The translations under genes were made by a program, and so were the position numbers. A stretch of 64,000 bases of DNA from Pavona decussata. Its lineage: Eukaryota. The DNA lies in NCBI GenBank assembly GCA_977016875.1, contig CDRNST010000020.1:5766001-5830000 (forward strand). The letters are read 5' to 3'. This document shows, one piece after another, positions 36,489 to 50,500 of the stretch (position 1 is the first letter of the stretch; the number at the start of each line of letters is the position of its first letter). The notes under the pieces were generated by a model. That model searched no databases and was not told the origin of the DNA. It was given only the letters and a program-made list of their open reading frames with translations.

Positions 36489-39391
36489 ACCCTATTCTAG
36501 AGTAAACACTGAAAATCCCTACCCTATCCTACACCTATTTCCGATATTTAGACGTCATTTACCTGGAAACTTTCTCCCACTAAATTCTTCAAGCAACTGA
36601 CTACTTTCACAGAAAATGATACCCTTTTCTAGACCACAACTCTCTGATTTCTATATCCTATTCAAGAGTAAACTAGCTGAAAACCGAAAACCTTACCCTT
36701 CACAGTGGTACATACCTATACAGCTCATATATGGGAGTACCCCCCCCCCCCCCCCCCACAGGGCTCATGCCTGCTCATGTGACTCAACTTTTCCTCTTTT
36801 TCACACTGTTGATGAAGGTCACATCATCGTGGTTATTTGTGCTCTGCTGTTAAGGTTCTCAGAGTCCCAGCGGCACACCCCCAGCTAAAATTTATGGGAG
36901 TACCCCTGCATGGGGCATGTACATAAACATCACTCAACTATTTCTAAGAGAAACAACGGACTGATAATAGTTTATTAATTTGGGGATAAATTCTGCATTG
37001 GAAGCTTAGGCTATTATTTGGGGGACATATGTTGCATCTGGAAATTCTAAAACCAAAAAAGGCACAATAAGGAAACCACAAATGGGTGCATGATTTACAG
37101 TAAAAATTTATTCTTCTTTCTCCAAGAACTAGATGCAGCAGTCATGTAATGGGTGTATTTAGTCTATCAAAATCTACAACTTGAAATAAATTGCTTTTAT
37201 CAAAACAAGAGAGCTATTGTACAGTTATAAGAGAATTGTTTGCCCATACCATGCATCATACTTCTTGGTTTGACACATTTCAACTTAATATATTTCACTC
37301 ATAATTGAATTCATATTATGATATAAAATTACTCTGACAGTTTCTACCACTCTTGGTGTTATCTTATGCTGCCTTCACATGACAAAGTTTTGTTGGTAGA
37401 CTGGTGTTGGGAAACTCAAGTTGACGTGTGTGAACAGCACAAATTCATTACAATCATTACTGGTCGTCTAGTATATTATGATTTTCTTTCAAAAATAGAT
37501 ATCTTTATTTTCCATATATAAACAAAACATTTCCATTGCTAACTTGACTCAAAGGCGTAAGGGAGTGCATGGAACTAATTTTCACAAATATTCATCAATA
37601 AAACACTTTGCAAGGTACACATATTCCATGAATTCTACACACTTCTGTGCAATTGTACACAAATCATTGAAATCTGAGATCTATCTTGCGGGACACATTG
37701 TCTTACTTCCATTCACCTGAGCCGTTATTGTTAGGTTAGCATTCAGTCTGCAGAGCACGGCAGAACTCGACAAGATCTTGCCCACTCACAGGCATTTTTA
37801 GCGGCGTGCATCGTGCACATCATCCTGTCCACAATCTAAGTGCTCTCTGGGTGTCTGTAAAAGTTACCCAGAGAGCACTGAAAATTGCAATTCAGGACAC
37901 TAAAATTTTAATTTTTTTTCTGGGGAAGCAATGCCTCCAGGACCTTTGGAACCTCTAACAGAAAATCCGCCTATCTCATAAGTTGGTGCAAATCAGGCCC
38001 TGTAACAAGTGCAAAGTGAAGATTGAACATGTCTGAAAAAATTTGTGCTTGCAATTGCCAGGCTCTGCAGCCTTGGTTACTGTCCCACATTACCCAACAA
38101 AATAAACAACTATTTTTTGCTCTTATTTTGCCCGATTTTTTGGCAGCTGGCCACTTGGTATGTGCCAAATCCTCCATCGTCACATGATACACCTAGAGAA
38201 ATGAAAGCATACTGGTGATACATCATCCTTTAGAAGCATTTTACATAACATTCTTTGATGTTCTTCAGGTATGGAAAACAATCACACAGCAAACATTTAT
38301 CAAAATGTAAGTAGAGGTATTCTTGCATGTCTCATAGCACAAGCATCATATTCAACACTTACATTTCGTCCACTTGGATCATCGTAATCGCAGATATTTT
38401 CAGCGATTACTAGCCGCACCACCTCCTTCAAGCACGCCGGAAACACATGTGGGTTTCGTCTTGCCTGATGCCCTATCTACTGCACCCTCCCAATTCTTAG
38501 TGAATACTGCAGAAACACAATTGGAAAATAGCATTTAATTACTGTTAGAAAATTTGTGTGAAGCTGAACATAAGACTTGCATTTTAATACAATAATTAGA
38601 CTGCTCAAAGAAACATGTTCATCGGTATTTCACAATCAAACAAATTCGTTGATCTATATGATAGAGGAAAGCAGGGAGCAAAGAAAATGTTTGCTTATCA
38701 CTACAATAAAAATGAATTCGCTTACCCACATTATCCCAAATATTCTAGAATAAATGCGATGCCGTATTGCCTCAGTAGTTTCTAGTGGCTTCCTCTCTTC
38801 TGGGAGGACTCCGTACAATCCTTCAGGCCTCTTTCCAAGTCCGATGAAAAAGGCAATGTATGAATTTAAAAAACCCAATTTCAGCCTACGCAATGAAAAC
38901 ATTTATCAAAGACTTACCCTTTCTGCTCAAATTCGGCATCTAGCCTGAGAAATGCTGCTTCGAGTTGAACGGAACGTAGAGAACCGGCAGACATTTTGAT
39001 TCTGGGAAGCATGAGTGAATGAAAACACTGCTGGTCGTAAGAGTCAAATTACTTTCCTGTGGGCACAGTTCAGCCACCCGCGGTCACTTTCCTTGGAGAC
39101 GAAAATGAAATTTCTTGCTGGAGTCCGGTAAATTTTGCAACTTTGACGGCAATTTCTGCTTCGGAGCAAAGGTGAATTTCTGTAAAAAGTACTTTTTGTT
39201 ATATTAGACTATCTGAAGAAGCAACACAAAGATTTTTAAGGCTTAAAAAGCTCTCAAATATCTGGCGGTGCAAAAACCTTAAATATTCATTGTGTCAAAA
39301 TAAAGGTTTTCCTTACTTATTTACTTCTGGATAACAAGGAGCTTGTAATTGGACAGATCAGCCCATCTTGATGGTTCGGAAGCAGATAGCA

Positions 39392-40330
39392 CTAAGCGAT
39401 AAAAGCCTCCACCCAGGTGAGGATATCCTGTATTTCTACAGTTCGTTTCTGAGCCGGAGCGACCACGAGTTTGCCTTCCAGGAAGGTTTGAGTCTCAGAC
39501 TCGTTTGCTTTCAGGTTATCTGGCAGAAGGTCCACCAGCTCAACGAATTGGCTGCTCGTTATTTTGTTGGCCAGCTTATGGGGGATGGGCGAGTAGCCAG
39601 GGCCGATGACGAAGTCTTTCCCAACCAAAGGAGCTGTGGATGAAATGGTGGGGAAGGACAAAGGAACGCCTCCAACACTCAGTGACGTCTGCGCAGCTGA
39701 CGACAGTGAAAACGAAGGATAACCGAAGGCAGGAGATGAAAGAGTAGAAAAGGTGGAAACAAAGGAAGGAACGGCAATATTACCTGACAAGGCAGATGAT
39801 CCCGTCGGTAAAATGGTTGGAAAAGTGGAGAAACCAGCAGGAATCGCGCTCGAAGGGGCAGTGTGCTAAGGCGCGATGTCCCAGCCTTGCATCGAAGCGA
39901 GAATACCTGGTAGGCAATCAGATAAAGCCCGCGACATTGCCTGGGCAAACGCATCGCTGCTGAAAGTCGATCCAACGGGCTGTGCTACGGTGGAAATCGC
40001 GGCGGCATTGCTCGGTGGGGCTGTTTCCTGCGTTTCAGTAGTTGGCGCAGACGGAGCTGAGTAAGGGAACCTGGTGGAGGCGAGGCTGTTGTTCATTAAT
40101 CGAGCCATAAGACAGATAAAACTGAGCAAAACAAGAACACGTCGTCGACGCCAAAAGATGACAAAAAATTGGAACTACTCACGCAGATAGAAAAAACGGG
40201 CCACTAGAACGCAGGATATTGGGACAATCCAATAAGGAACTCCACGAAACGGCTACGCACCGCCATGCTTAAACGCCACCACAAAGCAGTGCTCTGTGCA
40301 TGCGCTACCTACGAAAAGCCGCTGACCGCC
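39392..40330 (-). mobile_element. DIRS/Ngaro 5' region and ORF1 N-terminal part, frameshifted
   Basis: IPHKLANKITSSQFVELVDLLPDN...EIQDILTWVEAF; GC-rich island. Confidence 0.72.
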
Positions 40331-40809
40331 CAGTGAATGCCAGCTTTTCTTTGTTGTTAACTTAGTTAAATTGCATTTAACTGCATTAAAAAGTTATTAA
40401 AAGTGCCAAGTGATAACAAAGAAGTTCGGTGTAAATATATAAAAAAATAATGGTGTGCTTAGTCTGTCTGCATATCGGTGGATGTGGTTTGTGGCAAAGA
40501 ATTTAAAGAAGTATCGGAAACAAATCTGGAACATGAAACTTTTCGAAACAGTGAAAGAAAAAAAAATGAAACGTTTTTTTTTATGCCTTTGAGCTAACAT
40601 CTGATCTGTAATTGAAACTTAGTGTCCTTGAGTTCTTAATTTCTGTTAGAACACTAAATTGAAGAAACCAGGGAACTTTTTCAGACAGAAAAAAATATTT
40701 TTTTTAGCGATTTTTCTATAACACACAAGATAGGTTAACTTTTTCAACCCTTTTCCGTTCTAGCCATCCGTAGCCAAAGATGCTTATTTTTAGTTTTAGT
40801 AACCTACAT

Positions 40810-41340
40810 CTAGTAATTTTAAAGCAGCATCACAATTTGCAACTGATAAAAAAATTTAAAGTTTTTTATGCTACTGTTGGGTATCCTGGCAGTTTGCATG
40901 ATGTACAAGTTCTTAGGCTATATGATTTAGCGGGTGACAAACATCCTTAGTGGTTGAAAGTGCGTTACAAATCGACTGAAATCAGGCCTCCCCCAGCTTA
41001 GGAGGTGGCTCATGAAACCCTTTCCTGGATAGAGGTCACTTAACTCCAGCACAGAGAAAGCTCAACACAAAATTTAGTGCACTGTGATGCGTCAATGTGT
41101 GGTGGTGTGAACATTTGGTATGTTGAAAGCACATTGCAGAATAAACCATGTTGAAAAAAGGTTAGCAGAAAACGAACACATTAAAGAAAACAGTGCTTAC
41201 AGCGTGTTTTACACATGTGTATTGAAAGGGGTGACTTGAATTACACAGAAAAAAAGTGATTCAGAGGATAGTTCTGATGTTTTTGAAACTGGAAATGGCA
41301 TTGGAGAGGCACTTAAAGACATTGTGCATGAAAACTTTAT
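40810..41340 (+). pseudogene. Highly degraded Harbinger transposase
   Basis: ATVGYPGSLHDVQVLR, WLMKPFP, FGMLKA, CVLH-like motifs. Confidence 0.65.
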
Positions 41341-42809
41341 ATAAGGGATCAATTCTAAGTATTAGGCATTTTTGTGAAGTTTTCATTTAACCACAATCAA
41401 GCTATGCAAATTCAAACAACAAAAATATGACATTTAACATGATGATATAAATGCATGATACAACTAGTGAAAATGAGTTCCACTGCTTTAGACTCTTCAA
41501 GCATTATCTTTGAAGGCAGCCAGAATGGCGTTGGTTTGGGCATCTGCCTATTTTGAGGTACATGTAGATGAAACATTCGAACAGAGCTCTCAAATCTGGC
41601 GTTTTTTCCCCTGCTGTACTCCCATATTTCAATGAACCTAGTCTGCCATTCAGCAGCAGGGCCATCTTGAGTATCTTGTCTCCTCCTTTAGCCCCTGCCC
41701 TCACTATTTTTGTCTGCGTTTCTCTTGTCACTTGTTTTCTGAACTTCCTTAGCAGAGCATGGAGATCCATCCATTGAAACATTGAAATCTGTATGCGAAG
41801 TACTGTCAACACTGTGTTACAGGTTAACATTGTCGTCATGCTCCATAACCAAGTCAAACAAATTGAAATTTGGAAACCCCTGTTTAATTAAATTTATCCC
41901 AGCTTCCGTGCTTCCAGAAGATTATTAATTTCTTCCATCAAGTTGGCTGACTTAACTCTATATTTCTTCACCTTTACGGTGTTAAACCTTGGAATCACTT
42001 GAGGCTATAGAATAATGGGACGGTGTGCCCTCTGGAAATGAAATTGCCGACTATGTTTGAACACCAATTGGGTAAGTGAACTGATTTGTACACAGTCAAG
42101 AGTCGACAACTGCTGTTTCCCTCTGAATCTCGGAGGGACGATAAAATAAGGCACTTGTGGATTTAAATGGCCAGTTTTAGCCACTATTTATCAGCTGTCC
42201 TGGATTTGCCACAGACAGAGTACTGTTGCTGTAACTGTTGAGCTACAGGGAGACCTGCAGCACACTACTTTCTGGGTAAAATTAAAGAACAGCTCCCCAA
42301 TTAACCTGTCGGCCGAAAAATGGCAAACAGATTTTAAGACTTATTTCTTTCTTTTAGCTTACCAGTTATCTGTTGGTGGACTGTTAGTAATTAATCCTCC
42401 CAGTAATCTCTCTGTGAACTGTCAGCTGACAGAGTTTTTAGGAGCTGTTCTTCAATTGCATTTCGTGTATAGATTGTGGCAAAAAGTTACATAAGTTCAC
42501 AGTCAAATTAGTCATTTGTAACGTTGACAAGTCTTGTTGAGGTGAAGTGCGGAATGGAACCAGGTTGACACTGAAAGTAGTAAGTGGTCTTTTAAAATTT
42601 ATAAACCATTTGACATATTGCATGTTGAAGGATATTTGAAAACATTGATAGTACAGACATAGATCTATAGTTGGAAGGATCTGTTCTCGGGCTGCATTTA
42701 TAGACAGGAGTAACAACAGCGTTTCCATTCAGAGGGAAGTGATCCCTTGGAAATAGTCTTCTTCATTAACAGGGTGACAGTTTGTCTATGGCTTCAGCGG
42801 TGTCCTTAA

Positions 42810-45234
42810 GGCGGGGGTAAACATGAAAAAAGACACTTTTTTCAAACATTTGTAACTTCATAACTATAATTCAGAACCATATAAACCTATATATCAGAAG
42901 AAAGCTAAGGAATCACAGATACCAAAATTTGATAAATGTTATATTTAATATAACATTTATGTTGGCCTAAACTAATTTGTCATTTGACACCAGATCAATA
43001 TGTTGACCACATACTGTGAAAAACCTGGGCATACTTGGGAAAAGATAACTGCTCATAGATTGCATGGAGTGAAGTGATTTTGGTGTCAAAACAAAGCACT
43101 GGGCTCACTCTCTTGGATGAGCAGAGGAAATTTGGGAGCCACAAAAATTATGACCACAATGCTAGTTCAGAGTTCACCAAGAATTTCTAGGTGAAAAATT
43201 TTTCAATAACTTACTTATAATTCAACTTATGGAGAAACTGTTTGCTCATCCAACTCAACTTGATGAGAGGATTCAGCCTTGAAAATTTCAGATCAATTGA
43301 ACAAATACATCCTGAGATATCCTTTCTCAAAGGTTTAAAATACATGTTTTCGGAAATTCACATGTAAAGTTTTTAAAGAGTTTTTCTAGTTGGTCACTAA
43401 GAGTCAAACAGCTAATAGTTCATAATTTGATACAAAATTAAACTATGTGTTGAACAGAGGGAGCTTAGAAGGCTCCAGCTTCATATGTTGTGTCCTCTGC
43501 ATCCCGTAGGGCATCCTCCCTTCGAGTTTTCCTCAGTCGCTCTGCTTGACGACGTTTTTTATCTTTCTTGCTGGCCTGAAGGTCTGACTTCTGAAGTCGC
43601 TTCTTATCTCTGATGAGCGAGGCTCTTCTAGTAAATGCACCAGCTGGTATAGAAAGCCTCTGCATGACTTTCTCCCTGCTAGCAGCTCCACCATGAAAAT
43701 GTAGGACAGCAGATGCCACTCCACAGCGGATGACCTTTACCCCATGGTGCTTGTGTTTGGGGCACCGCACCCAAACCAATGAATTAATACATTCATTCTG
43801 GTTCTGCGTTGCTCCACTAACACATCTTTCCAGGAGCTTTGTCTCACTTAGTGTCATAAAAGTGGGGCGCAGCACTTCAAGAAATAATTCAGGCAAGCAA
43901 TCATCATCTTTGTAAGTGGAGGTTCCACTAGCTTGATCTTGTTGCCACTTGCACCAAGAATTTTCTCCAGGAGGACAAAATCGATGCTGTTTTGATAATT
44001 CTTGGGCTTTAACAGAGTGGTTTAATATGGCAATGATGTTCTTTTTCATAGAGTACACTGCCACATTAACCTCCGTGTCAGAAGGATTTGCAGCAGTCAA
44101 AGTGTTCTGTCTTATGGCTAGACCATAATATTGCTGAATTTGTTTTATTTTCCCCTCCGAGAGACGACCACGTCCTCCAATCGGCTTTCCATCTGCCAGT
44201 TTTCTTTTTGTTCTGGCCTTCAAGTTGAGGAGATGTTTCCCCATACGCTTTTGAACATGACCAACACAGTCTAATTTTACAACTTTGCAGTCGTCACCAT
44301 AAGTATCTTCCACTGCATTGAAGGCTTTGCCGTCTCCATCGCTAACCATCCATTTATACCGGATATTGTGTTTTTCAATTGACCAGTTCCATAAAACTTT
44401 GGCTCCTTCTGTCTCCATGGCAGGTGAACTGCCATGAAAGTTAATGTCACATTCACCTGATGCAATGTGTTCTATTTGCCACTCTTCAAATTCATCATCA
44501 GAATTGTAGCGACCCCTATTAATGGTGCATGTTTGGCAGGATTTGGACAAGACATGGCAATCGAGAACTTCACCAGTGTCCACTGACAGCACAAAGACAA
44601 CTCCAGTCAGAGAAGTGAAGCCCCTCTTTGCCCATGTACCATCAAAACTTACGGCAGCATCAACAACATCATCATTAGTTTGCACTCCATTCTCCTTCAA
44701 AATTTGTTCGCGAACCCTTCGTCCAGCTGCTTTCATGTCTTCTTGAGCTTCAAGCTCAAGGGCATTTAGAATTGTATCAACATGCTGATAGTATGCTGGC
44801 TTTGATAAGCAGGGCAGGTTCATAATGCTGCAAAAGGATGCCAGACCTTCATACCCACCGCCTGTTTCCAAGGAGTGGTACACTGCCCGCCTGTTGTCAT
44901 CCAAGGATTTCCCCCTCTTAGTAATGACGAAGGATGTCTCTAAAGGTGACTCCTCCAGGCAAGAGCTGCACTGAGCAGACAGTTCAGTCATAAGGCCTCT
45001 TCTGCCATTCTCATTTTCTTGAAGGATCAAAAACTTCAAAACTAACAGATGCGTTGCCATGGAAACGAAGTTGTTTATTTTAACCACACCGCTCTAAAGG
45101 ACTCGTAGCGGCACAAAAATTGCAAACTAGACCTTAAAACACCTATTTATAGAATCATAAATAATGGGGCTATTGATGACTCCAAAAACAAAAAAAAATG
45201 TTCAGTTTGACCAAATTTCATGTTTACCCCCGCC
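42810..45234 (-). mobile_element. Kolobok DNA transposon
   Basis: Perfect 19-bp TIR GGCGGGGGTAAACATGAAA; TTAA TSD at 42806-09 and 45235-38; single transposase ORF. Confidence 0.9.
43465..45087 (-). CDS. Kolobok (Mutator-like domain) DDE transposase, open but apparently lacking its native N-terminus
   Basis: SFDGTWAKRG, SDGDGK, DCVGHVQKRMG, HRFCPPGENSWC, TQNQNECINS motifs; 540 codons without a stop; starts at a non-ATG codon inside the terminal region. Confidence 0.88.
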   Translation of the reverse strand: MVKINNFVSMATHLLVLKFLILQENENGRRGLMTELSAQCSSCLEESPLETSFVITKRGKSLDDNRRAVYHSLETGGGYEGLASFCSIMNLPCLSKPAYYQHVDTILNALELEAQEDMKAAGRRVREQILKENGVQTNDDVVDAAVSFDGTWAKRGFTSLTGVVFVLSVDTGEVLDCHVLSKSCQTCTINRGRYNSDDEFEEWQIEHIASGECDINFHGSSPAMETEGAKVLWNWSIEKHNIRYKWMVSDGDGKAFNAVEDTYGDDCKVVKLDCVGHVQKRMGKHLLNLKARTKRKLADGKPIGGRGRLSEGKIKQIQQYYGLAIRQNTLTAANPSDTEVNVAVYSMKKNIIAILNHSVKAQELSKQHRFCPPGENSWCKWQQDQASGTSTYKDDDCLPELFLEVLRPTFMTLSETKLLERCVSGATQNQNECINSLVWVRCPKHKHHGVKVIRCGVASAVLHFHGGAASREKVMQRLSIPAGAFTRRASLIRDKKRLQKSDLQASKKDKKRRQAERLRKTRREDALRDAEDTTYEAGAF

Positions 45235-47561
45235 TTAAGAAGATGAGCCGGCATATCAGTGATACCAGTAGACTTTTTAATTTCAATGGCCTTGAGTTGT
45301 CAGACAGCATGTAAGTTAAATATGTGTCTAGACTGTGCCAATAAATAAGGCTGTGTAAAGAGGTTGCAAAACTGGTGGCAAGGTTTGCCACAACTTGGAT
45401 ATTGTTGCCTTGAAAAACCATGAAATCTGACAGTGACAATGGAATCTGTCTTGAGTGCCAACAACATAAGAAAACACGCCACTTCCAGATTTTGAACAAA
45501 GCCATTAGTGACTTTAGTAATTGTCAGACTGCACATTTGAGTGATCTGTTAAGAGCGTCTATCCCTAAGAACCTCATATCCAATTTTTGTCTATAAAATA
45601 GATTTCGCTGACAACTCTTACAACACCTTCTCTTGGCAAGTAGGTAAAAAAATATGAAGTACGAAAAGAAAAATTTAATTTTCTTAAAATTTGGTGATTT
45701 AAACTTTTCCCACTCTGGACTGTGTTAGAAACCCCCTGGTGAGCTTGGGAATTTTGCAAGTCTTTTAGTTCTGGGGAATACAGATGATTTAAAATCTTGT
45801 AATTCGCTTGTAAGCGATGAACGTTCATAATGTGATGAATTGCAATCATTAGCTTTAATTAGTGTAATAAATCTGAGGGCGCAAAGTTTATCTACTTTGA
45901 GCACTTATCACAACATGCGATTTAGCCCAAGTTCAGAGGAATAAATTGCAAAAGTGGCTTGTACTGGCAGTCTCTTCTACATATCAGTGGAAATTTTCAT
46001 CCATCGTCTATGAAAATCTGTTAAAACATTTGGCCACAATCTAGTTTCTGTTACACAAGTGAGAGGTGAAAGTTGTGAAATTCGACTAACACGGCCACAT
46101 TTCTTACCAATTTTATTGTGATAAAAACCCTGGCGGAGTTTTTTTTAACAAACGTGTAGATCCGAGAATATACGTGAGCGATGTATTCACGAACACGCGA
46201 GTACAAGTGGTCTGTAGCGACTGCGCATGGTAACCGCTGGTCAAATCGATCACTGTTCCTTTGTCTATCCCTGTTGCTAAGGAAGTCCTTTTGTTTGCAT
46301 TTAGCGACGCGAAACACGTTAAAATACGTCATTTTCTCCAGGAAACTTCCACGAAATGAGCGTCTCAGGAGGCAAAGCAACGTATGAAGAAGAAATCCAA
46401 CATGGCGGACAGATTACGAGCGAGGTAATGACCAGAATCAAGTAAAATTCGACGGATTCTACATATTTCCAAGACGAAAATGAAGATATTTTGCATTTGC
46501 TGAACTCGATGCAAATGAAATTTGCCAGTTATAACAAACACAAGTGGAGTTTTGTTTCCCTATTTAGCTGACAGTTATCGTTAGTCTACAGTAGGCCACG
46601 TGACTGAATTAAGGGAGCTCAAATTACTGCATCATAATTGACAGTTAGGAGTCGGCTAACACACAAAATAATGGTTTATTTTTAAGTTATCGAAAGCCCA
46701 AAGAGGAAAACTTTTTTTATTTGCAAGAAAACACACAGTTACATACAATAATAAACTAGACAGTACTTACGCACTTACACTTTGTACAATATTACAATTA
46801 GCTTACTCACTCGCTGGCCCGCTAACACACCATTCACAACACTCGCTCACTCATCTCATGCTCTCATGCACTCACTCACAAAAAATTCAAAGTCACACCT
46901 GTACAAGTCATATATATATTAAATAGGTCTAAGTATTGTCCATTTCTTTTTAAATATGTCTAATGTATTATTTTTCGTACAAATAAATTTCTCTGTGTCA
47001 TACTTTAGCGATACTTTAAATTTGTAACCACCTATATTTGGAAGTTCGTTATTTCTTCTACACCCCCATAAATAAATTTTTCCTATAAGTAACAGGTAAT
47101 TTAGTAAGGGGCATTCTGGTGTTAGAACACCAATTAAAATATCTCTCAACTCAAGATGTATTTGTTGTTTTGTCAGGGATAAGTAATATAATTCAAAGTC
47201 TTTCCAAAAAGTAATTGAGTAAGAACAATTATAAAAGAGATGCTGTATAGTTTCTGATTCCCGTTTGCAAAAAGAGCACAGATTGTCTGAAATATAGCCG
47301 ATTTTATGTAATTTTGAATTGAATGAATGAATGAATGTTTATTTCCCACAATTATAAGTAACATAAGAAGTGCATAGTGCAATTTACATTGAAGTTGGGA
47401 GGAAGACTAAAGAAACCCTTACGGGCTTTTACAAAGTAGTCCCCCTTTGATTGAAATTACATTTTTAAGCTAAATTAATCAGGATATCAGGTTTGGTATA
47501 TAAATAACAGTAATAATGAAAGGTGCAAGTAAAATTATGTAAGTTAACGCCTATATCATAA

Positions 47562-50500
47562 TCATTGAAAGAGAAGGAATTGCTTCATTTTCTTTTTGAA
47601 AACATGTATAGAAAGAGATCGTTTTATTTCTAGAGGAGTTTTGTTCCATGTCTCAACTATCTTACTTCTTAAAGAGTATTTTCCATAGTTAGTTCGGTTA
47701 AAACACTTATGTAGATGTTTTGAATTCCTGGTATTATAACCATGGACTTGCGTGTTTTCAATGCAGAGGTCACTGAAATAGGTGGGTAACGATTTACTGA
47801 TAAGACTAAAACTGAAAGATCTGATTAGTAGGTCATTAATTTGGTAAATATTTAAGAGACCCATCTTTATAAAAAGAGGAAGAGATGGTGCGGTATATGG
47901 CGAGAATGTTATGATACGTAGTGCTTTTTTTTGTAATTTGAACAATTTCATTAGCCTTGTGGGGTAATTATTTGCCCAAACGGTGTTTCCGTAATGCAGG
48001 TAAGGGTAAATCAAACTATAGTATAATATTTTCAAGAGTACTTGACTTACATAGAAGCGAATCCTACATAGCATACCGGTGGCTTTTATTATCTTCTTAG
48101 TAATATAATCAATATGATTCTTCCATGTTAAGTGCTGGTCAATTATAATTCCTAAGAATTTAGTTTTATCTACTCTCTGGATCTCCTTATTATCAAGCTT
48201 AAGAGTCAGTGATTTTTTTAACTGTTTCTTTGCTGTTCTAAATATTATGTAATTGGATTTTTTTATGTTGAGTGTAAGTTGATTTAGTGTTAACCATTCT
48301 TGAACATTAACTAATTCCGCATTTATATTACACTCGAGTTCATTTATGTCTTTACCTGAGCAAAACAGATTAGTATCATCTGCAAATAATATAGTAGATA
48401 AATTTTTGGTAGAATTGTTTAGGTCATTAATATAAATTAGGAAAAGTAATGGTCCAAGAATAGATCCTTGTGAGACCCCACACGTAATTGCCATTTCTGT
48501 TGATCTGATTTGATTATATTTAACAATTTGTTTTCTGTTGGTTAGGTAATCTTTTATCCATGCAAGACAATTTCCGCGTATACCATAGAAGGAGAGCTTC
48601 TTTAGAAGAATATTGTGATTTACTGTGTCAAACGCCTTTGATAAATCAAGAAATATACCAACAGTGAACTGGTTATTTTCTATCCCTTGTGTTATTTTAT
48701 CAATAAGTTCAATTATTGCATAATTAGTAGTGCTTTTACTTCGAAATCCATATTGATGGTCAAATAAAATTTTATTTCTATCTACATAGTTCATTAATCT
48801 TTTGTACATCAGTTTTTCTAGTATTTTCGAAAAACAGGGGAGAACAGAGATTGGTCTGTAATTTGAAAATACATTTTTATCAGATGATTTATACACAGGT
48901 GTTACCAAAGCTACTTTCAATTCATCTGGGACTTTACCAGTTGAAAAAGTAAGATTAAAAATGTGAGACAGGGGTAGAGATATGTAAGGGGCGACATGTT
49001 TAACTACTTTGCTGTTTATGTCATCAATACCACAACTTGATTTGTTTGCCATTTTATCAATTTCTTTGTTTACTTCAGCACATGTAGTGTCATGTAAAAA
49101 CATGGAGTCACAATAATTTCCCTTTAGAAATTTGTAAAATTCATCCGAACCGTCATCAAATTTCATAGCTAGATTAGGCCCAACATTTACAAAGAATTCA
49201 TTAAATTTATTTGTAATCAAATTAGGATCACTGATTTCATCATTTTCATTGTTCAGAAAAGAACTGGGAAGAGAGTTATGTGATTTTCTATTACCAAGTA
49301 ATTCATTAATAGTATTCCACGTCAATTTTATATTATTTTGTCCTTGACTGAATTTTTTACAATAATAATTCTTTTTAGCAATTCTGATTAGATGATTCAA
49401 TTTATTTCGATATAATTTATAATCATGTTCATTTTTTAATGTCGGACTCTTTAAAAATTTATTATAGAGTAATTCCTTGGTTTTTGAAGATTTTCTTAAA
49501 CCTTTCGTTATCCATAAATTGTTATACCTTCGTGTACCTATACGTTTAGTCATTTTAACTGGAAAATGTTTATTATAATGGTCAGAGAATTCAGCGAGAA
49601 ATGCTTTAAAAGACTCTGCCGGGTCATTCTTAGATAACGTGGTTAGCCAATCACAGGTTTCAAGACAACTAGAGAATGAATCTAGAGATTTCTTATCTAT
49701 TATTCTAGTTACATAACTACCTGATTCAGAGCTCACAGTATTAATGTGCATCTCATACTCCGTAATAGTGAAAATAGGTAGATGATCAGATATATCATTA
49801 ACCATGATACCACTTAGGTGTTCAGTGTGACTTAAATTGTTAGTGAAAATGTTATCTATTAGTGTTGCAGTAGATTTAGTTATCCATGTTGGTCTTGTAA
49901 TTAGTGGTATATAACCAGATGATGAAAATTGATTAAAAAATAAATTTGAGAAATTACATTGATCATATTTTAGAAGATCAATATTGAAATCACCCATGAT
50001 GTAGCATGGCTTATTTCGTTTATCCAATCTTGACAATACGATTTTGAGGTCACTTTCAAAATCATTAAATATGTTATCAGGAGGCCTATATATGACGCCA
50101 ACAATTATGTTTTTAGATTTCTCATTTAAAATTTCAATAAAGAGAGACTCGATGTTACTGGCGCTGTTTTCAATAGTTAAGTCATTTCTTATTTTAATAT
50201 TTAAATCATTTCTTGAGAAAATACAAATCCCTCCCCCAACTTTATTTTGCCTATTAAACTTAGTCAAATTGTACCCGGGGATCAAAATATTGCTGTCATT
50301 ATCGTTTAGCCAAGTTTCAGTAAGTGCTATAATAAAAAATGTATGAGTCAATGTTTGTAAATAATTTAAAAAGGCATCAAACTTATTCCTTATACTCCTA
50401 ATATTTAAATGTAGCAATGATAGCGTATTATTTGTGTTATGTCTGGAAGTGATTGAACTGTTAAATTCCTCTGTGGAATAGAAATAACAAGTCTTGACGG

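Larger units (their letters stand above)
42590..45305 (-). pseudogene. Old LINE (CR1/L2-group) RT fragment split by the Kolobok insertion
   Basis: Removing 42810..45234 and one TTAA rejoins QLKAIEIKKSTGITDMPAHLLKDTAEAI...LPSEWK..VTPVYK...DPSNYRSMSVL. Confidence 0.75.

Noticed and set aside
38340-38510. Second P2X7-like accessory exon (FPACLKEVVR)
   Set aside because: Similarity is too short to support a call.
42810-45234. KolobokP-type composite element with long direct repeats
   Set aside because: No internal TIR copies, long direct repeats or second nuclease ORF are visible.
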